Shown piece after piece: positions 58,192 through 64,000 of a stretch of DNA of 64,000 nt (positions are counted from its first letter, which is position 1; each line of letters starts with the position of its first letter). The stretch lies in contig JAOUFJ010000002.1 of NCBI GenBank assembly GCA_029858255.1, positions 138,637-202,636 on the forward strand, given 5' to 3'. This DNA is from a candidate division WOR-3 bacterium. GTDB taxonomy: Bacteria > Hydrothermota > Tepidihabitantia > SM23-42. The notes under the pieces were generated by a model, which worked only from the letters and a program-made list of their open reading frames with translations, was not told the origin of the DNA and did not search any database. The translations under genes and the position numbers were made by a program.

Positions 58192-60114
58192 GTGATGGAT
58201 ACGAGAAAGAAACACATCGTTATCGGTACCGCGGGACACATTGATCACGGAAAGAGCGCTTTGATAAAAGCACTCACCGGTGTCGACCCGGACCGGCTCA
58301 AGGAGGAGAAAGAGCGAGGTATGACCACAGACCTCGGCTTTGTTTTTTACAGCGCCGATGTAACTATCATCGACGTACCGGGTCATGAAAAATTCGTTCG
58401 GCATATGGTAGCCGGAGCATCGACTATTGACTTCGTGATCTTCGTGGTCGCCGCTGACGATGGAGTAATGCCACAAACGCACGAACACCTTGAGATTCTT
58501 AAACTACTCGGAATAAAAAAGGGTATCGTTGTAATTACAAAGAAAGACCTTGTTGAGAAAGACATGCTGGAAGTAGTAATAGACGATGTGAAGCGTGCCC
58601 TGACTAATTCTTTTCTGGAGAATGCGCCGATCATTAAGGTTTCAAATATCACCAAAGACGGTATCGAAGAACTCAGGAAATGCCTCGACGAGCTGATCAC
58701 TCAGATCGAGCCAAAAACCGACCGTGGTATATTCAGGATGCCTATTGACCGCCGGTTCGTGATAAAAGGATTTGGCACCGTGGTTGCGGGCACGGTTTTA
58801 TCAGGCAAAGTCAAAATAGGGGATACTGTCGAGCTACTACCCGAGAAAAAAAGTGTCAAAGTCAGGGGGATCGAAGTCCATAATGAAAAAGTAGATACCG
58901 TGGGCACTGGATTCCGCGCAGCCATCAACCTTGTAGGCGCTGACAAAGATGAGATCGACCGCGGTGATGTGCTCGCCCAGCCCGGTTTTTATGAACCATC
59001 GGAATACCTGAATGCATCTTTATACCTATTGTCTTCCGCTGGCAAGCCACTGAAGAATTTCAGCAGATTGCGGATACACGTCGGGACAAATGAAATATTC
59101 GGCCGCGTTGTGTTACTCGATAAAAAAACACTCGGACCAGGGCAAAAAGCAATGGTTCAGTTCAGATTGGAATCCCCGGCTGTCTGCGACATCAACGATA
59201 ATTACGTAATAAGATCCTATTCGCCACAAATGACCATTGGTGGCGGCCTCATAATCGAGCCCAAAGCGACAAAAGCAAAGGGGTTTGATGAGGAACTGAT
59301 CAGCCATTTGCAGCGCATGGAAGTCGGTGAACCCGTTGTGATCGTAGAAGAGGATCTATTGGCGAATTTCGATCTTCCAAGGAAACCCGAGGAAATCGCT
59401 CATGATGTTAACCTCCCCCTCGCAGAGACGAAAAACCTCATAGAAAATCTGATACAGCAGGGAAAGATAATATGTCTTGACGAAAAACGCGGGTTTTACT
59501 ATCACCAGAAGAACCATGAAAAACTGAAGGCGCAAATCGTCGAAAATCTTGGCACCTACCACAAGGCGAATCCGACCGGCGTCGGGCTTTCCGCCCTTGA
59601 ACTATTGAAGAATATCAGCCGCGGTCTCGATAAAGTTCTCCTGGACCGTACACTCGCAAAAATGGAAAAGGAGAAAATCGTACGCCTCACGCCAGACGGA
59701 AAGATCAATCTATTCGAGCACAAAGTAGTGGTCGACAAAGACCTCGATGCCACGATCAAAAAAATCGAGCAGCTCTTCATTGAAGGCGGCTATAAACCGC
59801 CCTCTTACCAGGATGTGGTTACCCGCAACCTAGATCCTGAGAACGTCGTAAAGAAAGCGTACCGTTATATGCTCGATACCGGGCTCCTGGTAAATGCCGG
59901 CGAGGGCATTGTCTTGCACCAGAATTATGTTAAAGCAGCAGAGCAAAAACTCATCGAATTCTTGAAGACAAATAAGGAAATAAGAGTCTCCCAGTTCCGC
60001 GACCTGCTCGATGCAAGCCGCAAGTTTGTCCTGCCGCTTCTGATATATTTCGACACGCGCGGTGTCACGATCAAACGAGGCGACGTAAGGGTGTTGGGAC
60101 AAAAATACCGCTAA
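58192..60114 (+). CDS. selB: Selenocysteine-specific elongation factor
   Basis: G-domain 'GTAGHIDHGKSAL', 'DVPGHEKF', 'TKKD'. ~640 aa with C-terminal winged-helix extension. Sits next to selA. Confidence 0.9.
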   Translation: MMDTRKKHIVIGTAGHIDHGKSALIKALTGVDPDRLKEEKERGMTTDLGFVFYSADVTIIDVPGHEKFVRHMVAGASTIDFVIFVVAADDGVMPQTHEHLEILKLLGIKKGIVVITKKDLVEKDMLEVVIDDVKRALTNSFLENAPIIKVSNITKDGIEELRKCLDELITQIEPKTDRGIFRMPIDRRFVIKGFGTVVAGTVLSGKVKIGDTVELLPEKKSVKVRGIEVHNEKVDTVGTGFRAAINLVGADKDEIDRGDVLAQPGFYEPSEYLNASLYLLSSAGKPLKNFSRLRIHVGTNEIFGRVVLLDKKTLGPGQKAMVQFRLESPAVCDINDNYVIRSYSPQMTIGGGLIIEPKATKAKGFDEELISHLQRMEVGEPVVIVEEDLLANFDLPRKPEEIAHDVNLPLAETKNLIENLIQQGKIICLDEKRGFYYHQKNHEKLKAQIVENLGTYHKANPTGVGLSALELLKNISRGLDKVLLDRTLAKMEKEKIVRLTPDGKINLFEHKVVVDKDLDATIKKIEQLFIEGGYKPPSYQDVVTRNLDPENVVKKAYRYMLDTGLLVNAGEGIVLHQNYVKAAEQKLIEFLKTNKEIRVSQFRDLLDASRKFVLPLLIYFDTRGVTIKRGDVRVLGQKYR

Positions 60115-60203
60115 CACTTCAGGTTGCGTACAACGAATAACGAAGTCCAGCATCATACGGTCACGAAACCCGTACAACGGTAATATCACACAGCACACGA
60201 GCA

Positions 60204-60420
60204 CGCCGTTAATCCCGTTATTATCGTTATTCCCGCTAACGACTTATACCTCTGCCCTCACGGCAAGAAACGAATATCTTCGATGGAGTATCTAAACACG
60301 AAATGCTGTTCTACCCTTATGAACAATTGGAACGAATACGATCTACGAACACGAATTACAAAGGCATATCGTAACGAAGCCACAACGATACTAGCGATAT
60401 TAACGATAATAACGAACAAA
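60204..60420. repeat. Family A repeat pair in inverted orientation (60204-60242 forward, 60385-60420 reverse) within the 360-bp selB-M48 intergenic region
   Basis: 'CGCCGTTAATCCCGTTATTATCGTTATTCCCGCTAACG' versus the reverse complement of 'TAGCGATATTAACGATAATAACGAAC'. Confidence 0.5.
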
Positions 60421-60474
60421 ACGTTTTCGTACCATTGGGTCTTGATTTCCCCGATTTATCCATTATAATTATGT

Positions 60475-61260
60475 ATGAAGAGGCTATTAATTGTACCCAT
60501 ATTGTTTGTTTTTATTATTAGCTGTGCCACCACCGGGCCTGGTGGTAAGAAAAGCTTGATCCTGATCCCGACCGATACAGAAGTCGAACTTGGCAAAGAA
60601 GTCGTAAAGGAAGTCGAGTCAACGGAAAAAATACTCAATAATTCGGAAGTTCAGAATTACGTCAGTAAAGTTGGACGCAAGGTTGCCAAAGTCTGCGATA
60701 GAAAGGACGTCACATACTCCTTCAAAGTACTCGATAACGAAGAAATAAACGCGTTTGCATGCCCTGGCGGTTTCATCTACATTTACAAAGGCTTGATGAA
60801 AAAAATGGATAATGAAGCACAGCTTGCTGCGGTCCTGGCTCACGAAGTTGGACATATTGTGGCAAGGCATTCAGTGAAAAGGCTCCAGGCAGCATACGGC
60901 TACAGCATCGTAATGGAAGTTGCTCTCGGCGAAAAAATGGGGCAAACAGCACGACAAATGGTCGACGCCGCAGCAGGAGTCATTCTGCTTGGTTATGGCA
61001 GAGATAATGAATACGAAGCTGATGATTACGGAATTCTGTATTCAAAGAAAGCTGGTTACAATCCGAAAGGGATGGTGCAGATTTTTGAGAAATTCAAACA
61101 AATGGAAGGACGTCCCCCCAATACCTTTGAGAAACTGTTGATGTCCCATCCACCTGCGGGCGACCGTATAAATAACGGAAATAAAGAAATACAGAAAATC
61201 GGCGGTACCAATCTTCCCTATTACGAAACCGAATACGCTGCGATAAAGGCGAAACTGTAA
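60475..61260 (+). CDS. M48-family zinc metallopeptidase lipoprotein
   Basis: Lipobox 'FIISC'. 'HEVGHIVARH' HExxH. Confidence 0.7.
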   Translation: MKRLLIVPILFVFIISCATTGPGGKKSLILIPTDTEVELGKEVVKEVESTEKILNNSEVQNYVSKVGRKVAKVCDRKDVTYSFKVLDNEEINAFACPGGFIYIYKGLMKKMDNEAQLAAVLAHEVGHIVARHSVKRLQAAYGYSIVMEVALGEKMGQTARQMVDAAAGVILLGYGRDNEYEADDYGILYSKKAGYNPKGMVQIFEKFKQMEGRPPNTFEKLLMSHPPAGDRINNGNKEIQKIGGTNLPYYETEYAAIKAKL

Positions 61261-61292
61261 GAAAGTCAGGTCATAGCGTGTAGTAAACAATC

Positions 61293-61706
61293 CTAAGCAT
61301 CTTCGGTCTTAGGCGTGGTCTTTGCTCTCTCCTCGAGTTTTCGCATGAGAGAATTAAGCATCTTCCCTACATCAGTGCACGTCTCAATCCACGGTTTCAC
61401 GATTTCGTTTTCCATACAATGACAATCGGCAAGTTTGATAAGCCAATTCTCTGTTTCTGCAGCACTGCAGTGCGCCGTTTCAAGGTATCGAACATATTTT
61501 CTGCGGCCCCTCGAATAGAATCCCTCAGCAATGCTCGCACTGATGTTCCCGGAGCTCCTCAGTAGCTGCTCAAGGATGATCCCAGCTGTTGTCGTCCGCG
61601 GCAGTTTGTCTATCGTATGGTATATCGACACGAATAGATCATGTGACTTCTGCCACACTCTCAGGTCTGTAAAATGCTTTATCGTTTTGTGCTCATTAGG
61701 TTCCAT
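61293..61706 (-). CDS. Four-helix-bundle protein (23S rRNA intervening-sequence-protein family). Start taken at the internal 'MEPNEHK'.
   Basis: Family-typical 'FTDLRVWQKSHDL...RSSGNISASIAEGFYSRGRRKYVRYLETAHCSAAETENWL'. Confidence 0.55.
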   Translation of the reverse strand: MEPNEHKTIKHFTDLRVWQKSHDLFVSIYHTIDKLPRTTTAGIILEQLLRSSGNISASIAEGFYSRGRRKYVRYLETAHCSAAETENWLIKLADCHCMENEIVKPWIETCTDVGKMLNSLMRKLEERAKTTPKTEDA

Positions 61707-61851
61707 AGTGTTTCCTCCTAATATTAATACAAGTTCCAGGAAGGTAATAACAACACTCGACCGTTGAGTGCTTTCCATACGGTATGGTTCTGTCCAATTT
61801 TAGGATTCGATGTGAGAAAATGAGTCTGTATTTGTGTTCTTAATAGAAGAG

Positions 61852-61945
61852 TGGCGGAGGCGTGTAGGAATCGAACCTACCGTCCCCCTTTCGAAGGACA
61901 TCCGGGTTTGAAGCCCGTCAGGCACACCAGCACCCATCCGCCTCC
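61852..61945 (-). tRNA. selC: tRNA-Sec (anticodon UCA), about 94 nt, CCA encoded
   Basis: Minus strand GGAGGCGG-A-TGGGTGCTGGTGTGCC-TGA-CGGG-CTTCAAA-CCCG-...-GTCC-TTCGAAAGG-GGAC-GG-TAGG-TTCGATT-CCTA-CA-CGCCTCC-G-CCA. Long acceptor, long variable arm, anticodon TCA. Confidence 0.85.
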
Positions 61946-62300
61946 ACGAAATTTCCCCAAATCTTTGATTTGGCTGGAAATTTCAGTGGCCTCGTTCCAA
62001 TCCTTCTGGAATGAGGCATCCTCAATCTTAAAACCCCAAATCTTTGATCTGCCTACAAATTTCAGTGGCCTCGTTCCAATCCTTCTGGAATGAGGCATCC
62101 TCAATCTTAAAACCCCAAATCTTTGATCTGCCTACAAATTTCAGTGGCCTCGTTCCAATCCTTCTGGAATGAGGCATCTTTAATTTCAATATCCCAAATC
62201 TTCGATCTGCCTACAAATTTCAGTGGCCTCGTTCCAATCCTTCTGGAATGAGGCATCTTTAATTTCAAAAATCCACCAAATTTCATATTTAGCTACAAAT
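61946..62300. repeat. Tandem direct repeat, 79-bp unit x about 4.4 copies, abutting the 5' end of selC. Each unit has a 10-bp hairpin.
   Basis: 'CAGTGGCCTCGTTCCAATCCTTCTGGAATGAGGCATC' recurs at 61984, 62063, 62142 and 62221. Inter-unit segments are near-identical. Confidence 0.8.
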
Positions 62301-62388
62301 TTTAACCTCCCAACCTCATCTAGGGACCGCTACTTGGATTCTACCGAAAATCGGGTATAAAGTCAAGATACGCAGTCGAAGAGTCACA

Positions 62389-63489
62389 TCACCTGCCCCA
62401 ACCGACGCCGAGCGGCACATATTGAACAGTCATGCCAAATACCCATTCTTTGCTGCCTGAAATGAAAACCCCTGGACTGAACGGCCCCAACTTAAGAATA
62501 CCGGGGTAAATGTTCAATCTAATCCTGTATTCTGGCGCCGTGGAGACCATAAGAGCAGCAAGAAGTGAATTGTTACGATCATAGAACACTCCCGCGCGCC
62601 AGGTCAGAACCGCAGTGAGCACCCTGCCCGTATCCTCTTGTGCTACTCTGACGAGATTCTCCACCAAGAAGCCGCCAGCGATGCTGAGAGCTTGTCCATC
62701 AACCCAGCGATGCGTGACCCCGAACATACCATGTAGACCGAAATGTGTCATCAAATGCCAGTTTTTTTCTTTCGTAAGGGGATATTTTGCGACATAAAAC
62801 TGTCCCATATTCTCAAGATTGCCGTTTCTGAGATTGATAACGGGCTGCATCGACCACTCGGCAAGGTTCAATTTCTCGGAGAAGAAACGACAAAGCCTAT
62901 CACTGGAAAAGAGCAGCATGCCGGCGGGATCAAAAATGAACAAATCCGCAAGATGATCTACGCTCAACTCTTCATTGCCTCTATTCTCAATGATCTCTGA
63001 TAGGGCATGATAAGCCAGCATCGTACCAACAGACCAGAGCCTCGGGACTCCGAATCCGTGATACCGGTACCACTCCTCTGTTGCCCGGAAGTGCATACCG
63101 CCACCTATCACATGCAGAAAATAGTTGGGAACCCATTGATTACCCCTCTCCTTAACTGTCAGAGGCAGAACCTCAGTGGATATGAAACGCCACCATCCAA
63201 AACCGTTTATCGTACGCAGCGGATGCCGCACGGTTTCCCACACGTTTCTACCCCATTCTCCGTAAGGATACGTAAAGATCATCCTATCGTACTCATCGTA
63301 TTTAGGAATTTGCAGAATACCATACCCACCGTTAATAATAACGTTCATGGGATTATAGTTCGCCTGTGTTCCGTAGGGCAATGCATGATAAAAAAAGTAT
63401 GGGATCGTATCACTTGTCGGAAATACGTCAGTCTTCCCCTGCTCGGCGGCAGGATGAGCGACCGATACCACCTGAGCAGATAGCAGCAA
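62389..63489 (-). CDS. Hypothetical exported protein
   Basis: Long ORF with hydrophobic N-terminus. No motif recognised. Confidence 0.35.
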   Translation of the reverse strand: MLLSAQVVSVAHPAAEQGKTDVFPTSDTIPYFFYHALPYGTQANYNPMNVIINGGYGILQIPKYDEYDRMIFTYPYGEWGRNVWETVRHPLRTINGFGWWRFISTEVLPLTVKERGNQWVPNYFLHVIGGGMHFRATEEWYRYHGFGVPRLWSVGTMLAYHALSEIIENRGNEELSVDHLADLFIFDPAGMLLFSSDRLCRFFSEKLNLAEWSMQPVINLRNGNLENMGQFYVAKYPLTKEKNWHLMTHFGLHGMFGVTHRWVDGQALSIAGGFLVENLVRVAQEDTGRVLTAVLTWRAGVFYDRNNSLLAALMVSTAPEYRIRLNIYPGILKLGPFSPGVFISGSKEWVFGMTVQYVPLGVGWGR

Positions 63490-63623
63490 TATAATACCCG
63501 GGAAAATTACCTTAATGTTGATTACTCATTCTACACGTTTTTAGTAATTGGTCAAGGGCATGGGTATGAGTTGACATGACGTAGCATAATGATTATCATT
63601 AGTCCGAATGAGGAGGCAAGAAA

Positions 63624-64000
63624 ATGCTCAGCCGATATAAGTCTATTTTTTTGATACTTAACATAAGCGCAATACTGGGATTTTCAATACCATCGATAAT
63701 CTTTGCCATGCCGGCGCAGCATCAAGTTGATGCACCTCACTCTTGCATAGTGGGCAGGGCACTGGAACATCCAAAGAACCTACGCGACTACACAATTGAG
63801 ACTTGCGCGATATTGATACAATTCAGCGACAACCCGGCTAACACAACCGAGCACTCGCCGGCAAGATATGACAGCATGTTCTTTTCAACCGGTGTCTACA
63901 ATGGTCAGTACCGCGTCGGTAGTTTGAATGACTTCTTCCTAGAAAATTCATATGGTACAACCGATGTTACGGGTGGCATTGCCGGAAATCAATGGCACAT
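63624..64000 (+). CDS. Exported protein, 3'-partial (runs off the window end). It is not in the ORF track.
   Basis: RBS AGGAGG then ATG. 'MLSRYKSIFLILNISAILGFSIPSIIFAMPA' signal-like N-terminus. Open to nt 64000. Confidence 0.4.
   Translation, partial: MLSRYKSIFLILNISAILGFSIPSIIFAMPAQHQVDAPHSCIVGRALEHPKNLRDYTIETCAILIQFSDNPANTTEHSPARYDSMFFSTGVYNGQYRVGSLNDFFLENSYGTTDVTGGIAGNQWH

Noticed and set aside
61851-62104. ORFs 61851..62093(+) and 61877..62104(-)
   Set aside because: They overlap the tRNA-Sec gene and the tandem repeat, and are repeat-driven spurious frames.
61946-62300. Possible CRISPR array next to selC
   Set aside because: The 'spacers' between the 40-nt conserved cores are nearly identical to each other (a 79-bp tandem unit), not unique. 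No cas genes are nearby.

Overview
This 64-kb window is a chromosomal segment from an anaerobic bacterium, probably of the Fibrobacteres-Chlorobi-Bacteroidetes type, with moderate GC. Three proteins carry T9SS C-terminal sorting domains and a PorX/PorY-like two-component pair is present. Housekeeping content includes tRNA-Leu followed by tig-clpP-clpX, lysS, argF, mcsA/mcsB, lolCD-like ABC genes, ugd/UDP-xylose synthase with a GT2/flippase pair, an MglA-like GTPase and an ECF sigma/anti-sigma pair.

The most unusual content is a selenocysteine system. The window holds selA, selB, a tRNA-Sec (selC, anticodon UCA) and a selD whose in-frame TGA falls exactly at the catalytic Cys/Sec position. It also holds a T9SS-exported thioredoxin-fold protein with a T-U-P-Y-C-P (Sec-x-x-Cys) redox motif encoded by an in-frame TGA, and a small DUF4242-like ORF with another in-frame TGA. 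Each TGA is followed by a short hairpin with a G-U-containing loop, SECIS-like.

A second cluster at 47.6-56.6 kb combines a corrinoid protein and two URO-D/MtaA-type methyltransferases with three 2-hydroxyacyl-CoA-dehydratase/benzoyl-CoA-reductase-like (HgdAB/BcrBC-like, double-cubane type) proteins, two HgdC-type ATP-dependent activases, an FTR-like protein and a SAM methyltransferase. I do not recognise this combination as a described system.

Other features are an IS200/RAYT-type transposase flanked by 33-bp inverted repeats, two families of short dispersed intergenic repeats, a 79-bp x4 tandem array abutting selC, and a lipoprotein fusing an SBP_bac_5 solute-binding domain to a TonB C-terminal domain. 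All calls rest on motif recognition by eye; no database searches were run.
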